A stretch of DNA of 64,000 nt, taken from contig NC_068983.1 in assembly GCF_001194135.2 (NCBI RefSeq), positions 23,294,182 to 23,358,181 on the forward strand, in the 5' to 3' direction. The position numbers and the translations under genes are program-made. Under the pieces are notes generated by a model. That model ran no database searches, was not told where the DNA came from, and worked only from the letters and a program-made list of their open reading frames with translations. The DNA comes from Octopus bimaculoides. Its lineage: Eukaryota. Position 1 is the stretch's first letter, and every line of letters starts with the position of its first letter. Of this stretch, positions 51,232-64,000 are shown piece after piece.

Positions 51232-52664
51232 CTGATAGCAAAACGAAAAATTAAACATTCTAAATTTACCTTAAAATTCAAATATTTTAACACTTTAAAA
51301 AACTTGGATGAGTCAGAATTTAATCCTTTTGTGATATTTCAAATGGAAAACACAACTGTGTGTTTCAAAGATAAAAAATTTATAAGGTTCAGTAGCAGAA
51401 TAACTTTCTCATTAAACTATGTTTGGAACAAGTAAATAAAAATTTTTCATCTAAACTTATGAGGGTAGATTTTTATTCAAATATGAACCTTTTAAAAATG
51501 GACAGTTTGTATAATCAAATTTGGTACCAAAAGGATTAAACAACATGTAGGCTTGGATATAATTTCATTTTAATAAAATGATCTCTACATTGAAACAAAA
51601 TATGATGTAAAGAGAGATTTTATTCATTCTCACCAATTCCCACAGACTAAGGAAGCTCTAAGCACAAGGTCAAATTACACAGCAAATGGAACAGTGTTCA
51701 ATGTATACAGTCATTTATTCTATTAAACCTAGAAGATGAGATATAGCTGACTGCCATGAGATTTAAACTCATAAGCTATAGGAACAAAATTATATATTGT
51801 AAAGCATTTAATCCAGCCTCTTGGACTTTTGCCAACTCTAAATGCTACATACTACTAATAATAAATGATGTATAATGATGATCCCTGCTCCTTACCCTCT
51901 AGCATTTAAACCTCGCTATATCTGACCTGAAGAGTCTACCTGTTTTATGTTCAGACTGGATAGATCAAGCCTCTCACACCTCCAAACAATGTTATTCTAA
52001 AAATAAATGATCACATCTTTGAAACCTCAAAGCTACAGGATAATTAATGAGTGAATTCAAAATGTGAACAAATAAATATCAGATTTGATAGAGTAATCTG
52101 AATGCTGAAAGTTAAAGAAGTGGTAGTTTTATGAAGTAGTTTGTTTTGACTGCAATATCTTACTGGTACCTATTAATTCCAGCAGGATGGAAAGCAGAAT
52201 TCATCTAAATGGAATTTGAACCAAGGACACTCAACCTAAATATTGTAAGGCATTCAGTTTGATGCCCTACAGATTCTACCAACTTTCAATAATTTTTAGG
52301 TGTAACATTAACAATGATGAAGGCAGTGAGCTGGCAGAACTTTTAGTATGCCAGATAAAATTGCTTAGCAATATTTCATCCATTTGCATGTTCTGAGTTC
52401 AAATTTTGTCAATGTATTTAGTTAAGTTGTTTTATATTGTTCAAACTTTGAACAATATAAAACAACCTAACTAAATATATGAGCTACTGTGTAAAGCAGA
52501 AAAACATGAAATTCTACAAGCAGGCATGTATCTTATGCAAAATCTGTGATGAGCCTAAATATAGGATAAAATCTTTATAAGAATTTATCAAGTAGTTAGC
52601 GTGAAAAACCGCATAAAGGAAAAATTTATTAATTATTCCCGTTAAATATATTGATTTATATTAA

Positions 52665-52964
52665 GAGCATTACTATACATAAATGCCTCACGCGAGGAAG
52701 GACTCGTAAAGTCAAAACTACCATAATAATATATATATATATATATATATATATCAGTGGCGACCCAGCCACTCGGGCTGTTCAGGCTTAGCTTGAGTAT
52801 AAACTTAGTGAAGTGAACATGTATTTGCAAGCTGATTTAATTTCTGCCAACATTAACTTCAAGTATGTAATTTCAGCCAATAACTCGGGTTCCTTTGATT
52901 GAACCTGGTAGTTTTGACTTTAAGAGTCCCTCCTAGCATGAGGCATTTATGTATAGTAATACCC
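52665..52964. mobile_element. 300-bp MITE with about 55-bp TIRs, possibly Kolobok-type
   Basis: attactatacataaatgcctca...aaagtcaaaactacca and its reverse complement; flanked by TTAA / TTTA. Confidence 0.6.
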
Positions 52965-53566
52965 TTTATATAAATATATAAGGTGGCATTTCACAATTTA
53001 CAACCGAAAGGCACAAATATAGTTGTGACTAAGGATGCAAATCAGCACCATCAGAAACAAAGAGTCAAAACAACTCTTAGCAATGGGTAAGCACTTATCT
53101 AATGACTGACAAGGGAAACAAGCTCTCAACAGCAAGTGTGAAGGAGCCAGATCCTTGATAATTTTAGATTTGTTTAGTCCTCATCAGTGACCCTTACCCA
53201 GTTGCTGAGGGTTAAAACTTAACATATTCATATATTCATATTTTGAGTTCTATTTTTCCCGTTTGCATCAACATACGTATGTATGCAAATACATACATAC
53301 ATACATTACATATAAATAGGGGAAGGGAATGTGTTTATTATTTGTGCTTCCTTGTCTTAACATTGCATGATTGTTGTAAATGAATGTTATTCATTTCCAA
53401 AATGCTGTGAAACAAGTTTAGTCATACAGAAATATTACTTTGCTTGGAAACAGATAAATGTTGGCAACAGGAAAGGCATCAGGCTATAGAAAATCTGGTT
53501 CAAACCCTGTCTGATTCATGCAAGCATGGAAAAGTGGACGTTATGATGATGATGATGAACACTTAC

Positions 53567-53725
53567 TCGAGTAGATTTATTTCTCTTGTACTCTTCCAGA
53601 AGTGGTGTTGCACTTGTAAGATTTGATGCTGGTTCCCATGAGTCTTCTTCTGCACCAAAATTTTTCCATCGAATAAGGTATTCTATTTGCCCTCTTTTCT
53701 TCCTGTCTTTGAGCACAGCTCCAAT
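53567..53725 (-). CDS. Chromodomain exon (IGAVLKDRKKRGQIEYLIRWKNFGAEEDSWEPASNLTSATPLLEEYKRNKSTR)
   Basis: ttgaag acceptor, GTAAGT donor, 159 nt, phase 0/0; EYLIRWKNF and SWEP..NL match the HP1/Polycomb chromodomain consensus. The first two domain residues would be in an unidentified upstream exon. Confidence 0.92.
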
Positions 53726-53785
53726 CTTCAATTACAGAAATAAAAAACTTTTTTAAAAATACAATTTATTTTAAAATGTTTAAAG

Positions 53786-54010
53786 CAGTGGTTCTCAAGC
53801 AGGGTCCAGATAAGATTTTGTTAAAATTTATCTGTAATAAATTTGTTATACAAAATAATTTGTTATATTCACAAAATATTTTAATACAGTTCCTAATAAT
53901 TAATTATAAAAATATATGTTTATTTTAAACATTGAATAACTAGGAGGGTCCATCTAAGTAAAATATGAATCAAAGGGGATTCACAGCCATAAAATGGTTG
54001 CGAAACACTG
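53786..54010. mobile_element. hAT (Charlie-like) MITE
   Basis: cagtggttctcaa...ttgcgaaacactg with 8-bp TSD gtttaaag / ctttaaag. Confidence 0.75.
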
Positions 54011-56639
54011 CTTTAAAGGATAAGATTACTAGAAAGGATTTTTTCCTTTTTTAATTGTAAAAATATTGGTCATCAACCAATATATTTTCTCTTTTACCAA
54101 ATATCTGAATACAATTTCACCTAATTAACTATTGGGCTGTACATCTTGACAGAAAAATTAACAGCTTATGGTTGAAATGGTTTTGTTGATAAATCGCTTA
54201 ACTTTAGAACATCAGTGTTTGGCAGAGAAAGTCCATGTCAGAAGTTAACAATACAAGAGACTAGGCTAGCTTTGTAAGAAAATATAAACAATGATATACT
54301 ATCTTTGTTGGAAAACTAATGTCATGCATTTGGCTTTGGATTCCTCTGTAATGTGGAAATACAGATAATAAATAGTGGTCAATGATAACTCCTTTTTATT
54401 TTTGCTTTCGTTTGAAGGTCATTAAATCCTATCTTGCTAGTATTTCTGTTTAACCCCAGGTCATCTCTAATCCAGCTGATCTATGATCACAATATTCCAG
54501 TCATGATCATCCAATCTTTTCAATTATAGTGTCAATTACTATCAAATGTATCTTTCCTCATTCTTAAGATAGATTTTTATTTCAAGGGACATTTGGCTGC
54601 TCTTTTTAGCAGTCAAGTAACCATTAGAGGCTCTTTTGTTGACTTGTCTACTTCTCAATAGTCATTGTTCTTGCTCAAACCTAATGCTGGCAAAGCATTG
54701 ATGGGTGAGGAGAAAGAATACATGCAGCCAGAGATTCAGCTCACATTCTTTCTGGCATTCTAGTTAATGAGTGTGTATGCTTGTGTGTAGAGACTACATG
54801 TGAAACATTAAATATGTATGTTATTCTGTTATTACTATACTCTATATATCTAATAAGTGTTGTTACTACTGTAATTGCAACTTGAAACAATCCATTTTAC
54901 ATTTACATACATAAAATAAGAAAATTTAATCAAACAACATTTATTTGTAATAGTACAATATTTTCTGGTATGACTCAGTGAACAACTTCGATAATTTATA
55001 CAAGTTTCACATCCAACAAGATTCTTTATTCAATAATATTTTGTGGAAATGCTTAAAACTAAGTCTTCCTTGTGTAATCTACTACTTATCTATTGACATA
55101 CCCATTTCACACAAGTGGTAGAAGATAACTTTCAAGTAAACGAGAAAAGCATTTTATCAAATTTAGATATTAATCTAATCACTTAACCCTTTAGTATTTA
55201 GATTACTCTGTCAAATGTAATATTTATTCATAATGTTTTGAATAAATCATGCATTATCTCATAGCTTCAAGATTTTAATGATGAGAGTGTTTATTTTTTT
55301 GAATGACACTGTATAGTAGGTGTGAGAGGCTAGATCTGGCCAGTTTGAACTGAAAACAAGTAGAACATTTGGGCCAAATATGGCCAATTTAAATGCTAAA
55401 GGGCTAAGCTCACAAACTGAAACCAATAATAATTCCCTATACCCACCACATGAATAATATCAGTGATGTAGTGTAGCTTTTAGCCAATTAAGATTTTCTA
55501 TTTTTCTACTACATTCATATCAACTGTTTACAAGTATTAAGCAGTATCTTTTACAACCAGTTGCCACTATTGCAACAGTTTTTGTTTCTCTAGACTTTTT
55601 TGCAATCCTTATTTGCAATCCTTCTGATAAATTCAGCATGCATGATTTTCTTAACAATCTGCTTCCTTTCAATCCTACAGTGTCATATTCTCCCAACACA
55701 TCTTGTATTTATCAACATCGTCCAGTGAGTTGAAATTTAAAGTATTACTAAGTTAGTAACACAAGTTGACATTTAATGTTCAACTTCTGTCACCAAATCT
55801 CAAATATTGAGTCTAAGGGAAAGAACTTATTTAAATAGTTATTTAAATAGTCAAATGAAGGCAGTATGTGAAAGAAGTGTTTAACCTTTTAGAATTCAGA
55901 TTTTTCAGTCAGATTAATACTTATTTATTCACATTGTTTTAAATTGAATATGCATTATCTAGTGCTTAAATAATAACACTGCAATTTTCTCCTACTGTCT
56001 GCATTGAGAAACTAAAGAAAATTAATGGTAAATGCCACAAAAAAAAAAAAAAAAAGAGCATCACATACTCTGCTTCTGGACTACTCAACAACCAAAATAC
56101 TTAATTCAGACATCATTTATCACAGAAGGTTGGAATGACTAAGGCATTCATGAACCTGAAGTCCATATCTGTTGAGCATGTTTTGGCATAATATCTGCTC
56201 AGACAATTCTATAATTAATTAACTAGCTAGCTAGATAATGGGTAATGTACTGAACTGTGAGAGATTAATATCCTAGCTAAAAGAAAATAGGTTTTTGGCA
56301 TGTCTCACGACAAATATTGGATTTAAAGGTTTGGCCTCATGACCTGGGTTCTTAATTCAACTCATAAGAGTTGATTTGCCAGTGTGTGTACAAAAGAATA
56401 TGAACCTTTTGGGGTTGACACATTGGTTCTGATGTTAAAGAAAATATTTTTACACAGATCTAGTTTTTCAAACCAATTAAGAATTTTTTTTGTTTGGAAA
56501 GCTAGAATTTTGTAGTCTTAGTCAGTCAGACCCATCTGGTATCTACATGATGGAAAGCATAATTGTTTTTCAGATGACATTAATTTTTGAGAAATTAATG
56601 AGAGCTGGAGTTGAAAAAGTTGGAAGAACACAATGGCAG

Positions 56640-57800
56640 TTGTTGTGTGAATAGAAAAGGTGTAGGTAAAAGTGCAAGTTGGTATTTTGAGAGTGAACAG
56701 AACTGAAAATGTATAGACTGATGATGATAGAAATAGAGAAAATAGGAGATGGTAGAGGTTAACTATCCAAGATGGGTAAAAGTTGTTCATAAAAGAGATG
56801 AAAACAAGGGATTCCTCCTAAGGGAGTGCAGTAGCACTGATAGACTCATTGATAAAATTACCATGGAATTACGGCGAACTGGACAAAAATCTGGGCCCTT
56901 AATGTGGTTCATGAAAAAGTTACCATCTTTAGTCCTCATCTTAGGATTAATGGTCATCTCTGGTTATTTTTAAAACTCAGTGGTGAAGGGGAAACAGTTG
57001 AGGGTAAAGAGGAATTTAATTAACTGGAGAAGAGTGGTAGCACTGGATTCAAACGAAGGCAGCACATCAAAGTGCTTAACCCTTTAATATTCAGATTTCT
57101 CTGTCAAATGTAATACTTATTCATTCACACTGTTTTAAATTAATTATGCATTATCTTGTAGCTTCAAGATAATGATGATGCGATTGTTTATTTTTTTAGA
57201 ATGACATTGTAGGGTAGGTGTGAGAAGCCAGATCTGGCTGGTTCGAGCACGAAACAAGAATATTTGGGCTAGATATGGCCGGGTTAAATGCTAAAAGGGT
57301 TAAGGGCTCAGAGCTTGTTGTTGTAGAGTATGACAGTGTAAAGGGATTTTACATCCATGATGAAAAGAAGTCATGAAGATTCAGGAAAGAAGGAAATGGA
57401 GTCGAGAAGGTTAAGTTCATGGCTGGTATCCTTAATGACAGCAGAACAGTGATTAACGAGTGGCAGGAGTTTATTAAGGTAGCAGGAGAGAAGTTCAACA
57501 AGACTACTACAGGGAAAGATGATGAAGTAACCAGGATAGCTGGGCCCACACACATTTGGAAGAAAATAGATCTTAGAAGTACAAAGTATGTTGATGAGAT
57601 TCATAGCTGTAGGAGGAATTTCGGAAGAGATTAGCAAGTTAATAGTTTCGGGATAACATTGAGTAATCTGCAAAGCTGAAATATATAGATAAGATGACTT
57701 ACAGAATATTTTATAATTTTGACAATACGATCTTCAAGCAGGTACAAAGTACAAGATGGTTAAGACTATATTGAAATTTAGAGGACAGAACAAAAACATA
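56640..57800 (+). mobile_element. Old non-LTR retrotransposon remnant interrupted by the piggyBac-like MITE
   Basis: Purine-rich broken ORFs (GILNDSRTVINEWQEF...RIAGPTHI, resembling the LINE linker and K.pGpDgi motif). Confidence 0.35.
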
Positions 57801-60800
57801 TTCAGGAAAGAAGTCTAGGTTTGTGTAATTTCTAACTTTAGGTGATTGTCTTTCTTTTTAAATAACATTGTGTATCTACCCTATTTACAAATGAAAAGAT
57901 AGATGGGAAAAAAACTTTGATAACTGAAATAGTTTGTAGTTTATGACAAAGGATTCACTGTTAGCAGGACAATAAATACTTGTGAAGAAGAGGAAGTCAA
58001 CCACAGGGAACATTTTTCAATTAGCATTTGAATAAAGTATTAGATATAGAACTTGTCTCCATTCTTGTTTTTTTTTTGTGTAAGAGGGATCGCTTTTATA
58101 CTCAACCTAGTTACAAAAATTGAGATGAAAGTACAAAATTATATTAATTATCACAGTTAAGATAATCAGACTTTTTTCAAGAGATAATCAAACTATTAAG
58201 ATCATTTTAACATCCGTTAGTGACTTGAAAATATCTATGTCATGGTATATAACCACACCTGTCAATCTTGTATCAGCTGATCTATCAGAAGTATAACATT
58301 TAAAAATTCAAGCACTTTTTTTTCCACTCATAATGTAGAAATCATTCATATATTGCATCTGTATGAAAACCAGCGACTTCTTGTATACATTAGCTGATGC
58401 TTTTAAATTCCGCTGAGGTTGACTTTGCCTTTCAGGGCTGATGAAATAAGTACCAGTCATGCACTAGGGTTAATGTACTTGACTAGTTCCCTCCATCTAA
58501 ATTTCAGGCGTTGTACCTGTAGTAGAAAAGATTATTATTATAGGGAAACTGGCTGCACCAGTGATCATAATAGGTTCTCCCAGGTGAGATGACAGCAATT
58601 AATATAGTTTAAACTTTTGTAAGAAAAAACATGAATAGGCAAAAGTAAAAGAGTTTATTAGGTAGAAATGGTATGCAGCAGGATGCTAGCCATAAGGACA
58701 AAAGACATTACAGTAGCAGAAGACACAGTGACTAAACAATATATCAGTGGGCCATTGTTGGAGCATAATGTGAATATTTATCAATCAGCCATTTGGCTTT
58801 TTTTCCAGTGTTGTTCAGAATGCTTGCATGTGTAGCAGGTCTGTTAGAGATAAATGAACAGTATTCTAGGGTGGGTGATGATTGAACTTTGTAGAGCAAT
58901 CAGACATTGCTCACGGTTTATCTTTTACTTTCAATCATTGGATTATAGTCATACTGGTGCACTGCCTTGAAGGGTTGAGTCAAACAAATCAACTCCTGAA
59001 CTTAATTCTTTTTTAATTTTAAAGTCTTTGGTGCTTATTCTATCACTCTCTTGCTAAATTGCTAAGTTACAAGGTATAAACAAACTGACACTGGCTGTCA
59101 AGGTGGTGTGTAGGTGTGTAAACACACATGATGTGCTTCCACAGTTTCTATCTGCCAAATTCACCCACAAAGCATTAGTCAGTCTGGGGTTATAGAAGAG
59201 CACATTTGTCTAAGGTGTTGCACAGTGGGATTGAAACTTGAAAGTACATGGTTGCAAAATTAACCTCTTAACCAACCAACTAGACCTGCACCTTCTGAAG
59301 TACTTCTTCCACCCACTGAACAGGAATGGTATTCTTCAAAATGTAATGTTGGGAAAATTACAAGTGCTATGTCTACAATGGGTCTTCAGAGATTGCAAAG
59401 TAAGAAATCAGCATCTGTGGCATTTTTGAGAGCTTTAGATGTGTTTTGTATACAAGTAAAGGAGATAGAGTGAAAGTTCTTTATGTGCGAGATGTTTAAA
59501 AATGAGGATGCATTTAACAGCAGTCCAAACAGTTTACAAAAACTGAAAGAAAAGCCTACTGCAGGTCCTGCCAAACAGAAGCTTCCTATCAACTGACACA
59601 TATAAAAGGATAGAGGAGCTTTTGTTAATGTTTAAGCTCTGTATCAAACCCGTTTGATCAGATCTATTATAAAAATTTTTCCAAGCATGCTCCTCTTTTT
59701 ATGTGTATGATGAATTACATTTTATAATGCACCCATCTTCAGTTTACAGTGGTAAAAAAAAAAAAAAAACTCGGTGTTTATGCACAAGTAAATATGACTT
59801 GCCAGCAAATAGATTACTTTTGATAATTATTTTAGGCGGCATTGTATGAAGTTACAAACAGATTAATACATCTTCTGTCTTCCTAGACCATACAAAATGT
59901 GACAGCTGGAAGAAACAAGGCTACACTACCATTTGGCTGGTACTCATTTAATCTGAGCTGACGGGACCAATGTGAAATTAAGTATCTGGTTCAAGGACAC
60001 AATTTGCCACTTGATACAGGGATTGAATCCACAACCTTCTGACTGTGAGCCCAACACTAACACTACGCTATTTACCTTTACTAAAATGGTAGGGTGTGAT
60101 AAAAAGGGTATTTAGCTGTTATTTCTAGCAAGAGGATTGATTGCATTGAGACTATCTCATTGCAATGACTAATCCACCATAAAAACCACTGCCAAAGTTA
60201 ATTAGGCAACCAAGCTAAGAGAATTACCTTTTTACATCTAGTAAGTTGCCTTGGTATCTGAGACCTCATTTCATGAGTGGTGGACTTACTGTTAATTATT
60301 CCTACATGGGTCACATTTGAAAATGTGGTTTTCTGTTAATCTGCTACAAGTCCCACATGATCATGTACCCATTACTTGTAGTAAAAACCACAATTTAAGA
60401 CATCATGATGAAAACCTTTGAATTAATGAAAGTATTATTGTATCTTATAACAGAGTTAACTAAGTTCCAGAAAACTATTGCTATTTATATCAATATGAAA
60501 GAGGTCATCAGTTTCTACATTATGTAATCAAAATATTCCACTTGAGGAAGATTTGGCTTCAAGTTTCAGCAGACTGAACGGCCATGCAGAAGCTGCCTTG
60601 GTTCATTGTAGTCTACTGTAATTATTATAACTGCTTAAACTCTAGCCTGTCATATCAAACATTTGTCACCAGCTGTGACTAAACTGTTTTTTTTTTAAAC
60701 AAAAAATAATGGAACATCAGAATAATTTCCCCTTTTGTTTTCTTTCAGCTGCTGCTAAATTAATTTTTGATTCTTTGTTTAGACATGTTATCTTTAAGTT

Positions 60801-61822
60801 GTTCAATTTATATATATACATACATATATCATTATCATTTAATGTTCATCTTTCATGCTGGCATGAATTAGATGGTCTAACAGATACTGGCAAGGCAGGG
60901 GACTGCAGCAGGTTCCACTGTGTTTTGGTATGGTTTTTATAGCTGGATGCCCTTCCTAACACCAACCACTTGTGGATTTGAAAGAGAAATTACTATTAAA
61001 ATTAGCAACTACGAAAAGAGTGGTACCATAAAAACCATACCAAATTAGACACTGGAGCATGGATCCTGTCAAACTGTCCAACCTATGCCAGCATGAAACA
61101 TGGAGTTAAATGATGATGTATTACACAAGTTAACACACAATATGAGAGGTTAGAAAATTACTATTTTTAAATCTCACAACGAGAGATATTCAGCAACTGT
61201 ATACATAGATATTGTTTTGAGCTGAGTGGGGGTACTAGATTCCTTTGTTCAAAAATATAACACAGATCATGTAATATAGCCAGCTGGAGACGATGTCTCC
61301 TGGGGCTAAATTACAGCAACATTCGTCCTAAACCATGACTGCCATGTTATGTTGGCAAACTCTCTTTACTATAATATGAGAGCTGTCTGAAAAATACATT
61401 TCTTCACTGCACAAGTAATTTTGGTGGATTCAAAGCTGAAGTTATAAGATCCATGACAGAAATCATGTCATTGGATTTGCACATGGATATATCTAGAAGT
61501 GATGACAATAATGTCAGAATTAACTTACAAGATGTGCACTTCAATGAAAGACTTTTAGAGTTTAGAGCAGCAATGTACAAATGATGTGAATGGTGACCAG
61601 GACAAAACACGTTAAGCTAGGACACAAAGCAAAAAGATCGCAAAAAACTTTATGCTGTTTTTAGAATATTTGAAGATAGAAACCAAATAATAATAGATGC
61701 AGATCCATATGTAGAGAGACAGCGCTATGCAAGTCAGAAAAGTTGAACATGCATTCAATTGCTATAAGGTCATGCACAAAGAAAAGGAAGAAATATTGAA
61801 ATATATAACCCTTTTACAATTA

Positions 61823-62213
61823 GGAGTGGAGGCACAATGGCCCAGTGGTTAGGGCAGCGGTCTCGCGGTCATAGGATTGTGGTTTCGATTCCCAGACCGG
61901 GCGTTGTGAGTGTTTATTGAGCGAAAACACCTAAAGCTCCACGAGGCTCCGACAGGGGATGGTAGTGAACCCTGCTGTACCCTTTCACCACAACTTTCTC
62001 TCACTCTTACTTCCTGTTTCTGTTGTGCCTGTAATTCAAAGGGTCAGCCTTGTTACCCTGTGTCACGCTGAATATCCCCGAGAACTACGTTAAGGGTACA
62101 CGTGTCTGTGGAGTGCTCAGCCACTTGCACATTAATTTCACGAGCAGGCTGTTCCATTGATCGGATCAACTGGAACCCTTGACGTCGTAAGCAACGGAGT
62201 GCCAACAACAACA
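61823..62213 (+). mobile_element. tRNA-derived SINE family C with RTE-type (ACA)n tail
   Basis: Head ggcacaatggcccagtggttagggcagcgg...ggtttcgattccc (A and B boxes); TSD acaatta at 61816-61822 and 62214-62220; reverse partial copy at about 38352-38660. Confidence 0.85.
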
Positions 62214-64000
62214 ACAATTAAGAAAATAAAAACATCTAATTTCATTTTGCATATACTGCTCATTGCAAAACCACTAAAACAAAACTACATCCAATTCAGT
62301 TATTTTGTTCTTTACTTATGCTATTCATATCTTCTTCCCCACTACCCCAAAGTTTGGTTCCTTCTGAACTTTAACCTTTTCACATCAACTTGTCTGAAAC
62401 CATCAGTTTTTCTGTGACACAAACTTCCTGTTTTAAAGGGATCTAAATTTAAAATTTCCTTTAAAACTCCATGTCAACCTATGTTCCAAACAAGGCAGTG
62501 AGCTGGCAGAATTATTAGCAGTCTAAACAAAATGCTTAGCAACATTTCATCTATTTTTTTAATGTTCCGAGTTAAAACTCTGCCAAGGTTGACTTTGCCT
62601 TTTATCCTTTCAGGGTCAGTAAAATAAGCAAGCACCAGTGGAGCACTAAGGGGTCGATGTAATCAATTTATGCTCCAAACACTAGTTTAATAGCAAACTT
62701 ATTTTACTAAGTTCTTCATTATTTTAAAAGTTAATTGAAATTAAAGTAGCATAGTTCAACAGAAATATAGTAACAAGAGTTAAATCTTAGTATGTTTTGA
62801 TATCAATGCAAGTAGCATAGCAGACATATTCTACTGGGTGGTGCTTAATGTGTGTGTGTGTGTGTGTGCACACACACATTACATATACATACATACATAC
62901 ATACATACATACATAGAGAAATAAATTTTATTAGAAAATTCTAATGAGGAAAACGTAAAAAGGTTATACTATTGCTTAATGATTTGCGAGTCTCATTCAT
63001 CAAAAGCATACTTATGTTCAAAAGGCTGAGAATTAATTTTTGAAAGCAATGCATAATACATTACAAATTAACAGTATTACTTATCACAAAAGTGTAGAGA
63101 GCAAAATGACTGTTGTAAAGAGGTAGGGCAAGATTACTATTTCAAACTCTGGAATCTGAAGCATTCAATACTAGACAGAAGAAATAAAACATCATCTAAG
63201 AAATTATTACATTACGATATAATTACACCATAACAAACAGATGGTAGTTTAGAGCAAACCAAGCGCGCGCGCGCACACACACACGTGCACACACGCGCAC
63301 GCACGTGTACAAGGCCTAGAGTTTGCAGAGAGGGGTACTGGTCAATTACATTGACCTCACATGCTCAAATGGTATTTTATTTTATTGATCACTAAAATGA
63401 TGAAAGGGAAGTCAACCTTAGTGGAACTTGGATTCAGAACACAAAACCAAAAGAAATGCCACCAAGCATTTTGTCCAGCATGTAATGATTCTCCCAGTTC
63501 ACTGCCATATTGAGAGAGAGAATATTGAGTTGTTTATGAATATGCATGATGTTCCATTATAGATATGTACTTTGATGAAGGGTAAATCTATACAGGGTTC
63601 ACAGTTGTACAGGACAGAAATATTTGTCTTCCGAGGAGATAAATTCACCATTAGAATTAGTTTCAATTACTAATAATTATAGACAAGGATAAGGCGGCAA
63701 GCTGGTAAAATTGTTAGCATGCCAAGCAAGATGCTTAGTGGCATTTCATCTGCATTTATATTGAGTTCAAATTCTGCTGAGGTTCATTTCGCCTTTCAGA
63801 GTCAAAATTACCAGTTGAACACTGGGGTGCATGTAATCAACTGGCCCATATCCCCAAAATTGCTGCCTTGTGCCAAAATTTGAAACCAATAATTATAGAC
63901 AAGGATTGTGTGGAGTCAGGTGGCACCAGGAAGTATGCCATTAATGGAGCACATACACAACAACACATTCAAATATATTTCAGCATATACTAAGGCAATA

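Noticed and set aside
53150-53195. CTGATGA on the minus strand as a fourth hammerhead
   Set aside because: No GAAA, and stems I and II do not pair convincingly.
2009-53725. Single MPP8-like gene (chromodomain + ankyrin repeats)
   Set aside because: The chromodomain ORF ends in a TM helix, stop and poly(A) signal; the ankyrin exons have their own ATG exon and align co-linearly with TRPA1, including the pre-S1 region.
57703-57760. Candidate first exon of the chromodomain gene ending ...KYS|GTAAGT
   Set aside because: Would supply the cage tyrosine, but there is an in-frame TAA upstream with no ATG or usable acceptor, and it lies in a LINE remnant.
61823-61900. tRNA gene
   Set aside because: tRNA-like head continues into a SINE body with tail and TSD; no proper acceptor stem or terminator.

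Overview
AT-rich, repeat-dense animal genomic DNA. The SINE/LINE families and microsatellites look like an octopod cephalopod (Octopus-like); that call is by recognition, not by search. Two spliced genes lie head-to-tail on the minus strand. (1) A TRPA1-like ankyrin-repeat channel: I assembled 17 phase-compatible coding exons (39523 down to 2009, 2180 nt, about 726 codons) covering about 17 ankyrin repeats and the pre-S1 linker; the transmembrane exons were not found in the window and presumably lie left of position 1. (2) An unnamed gene (53725 to about 45860) encoding chromodomain + RS/basic tract + acidic low-complexity linker + one C-terminal transmembrane helix; its first exon was not identified. 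Introns carry tRNA-derived SINEs, RTE and R4/Dong LINE pieces, a decayed Tc1, several MITE families, a Helentron-type element, three Penelope-type minimal hammerhead ribozyme motifs and an 18S rRNA fragment flanked by a 15-bp target-site duplication. Best candidate for an undescribed system: the membrane-anchored chromodomain protein, a possible LBR/CEC-4-like heterochromatin tether. Next best: the TRPA1 homolog lacking most electrophile-sensing cysteines, and the sense-strand intronic hammerhead. Human and mouse TRPA1 residue numbers are recalled from memory and need checking by alignment.
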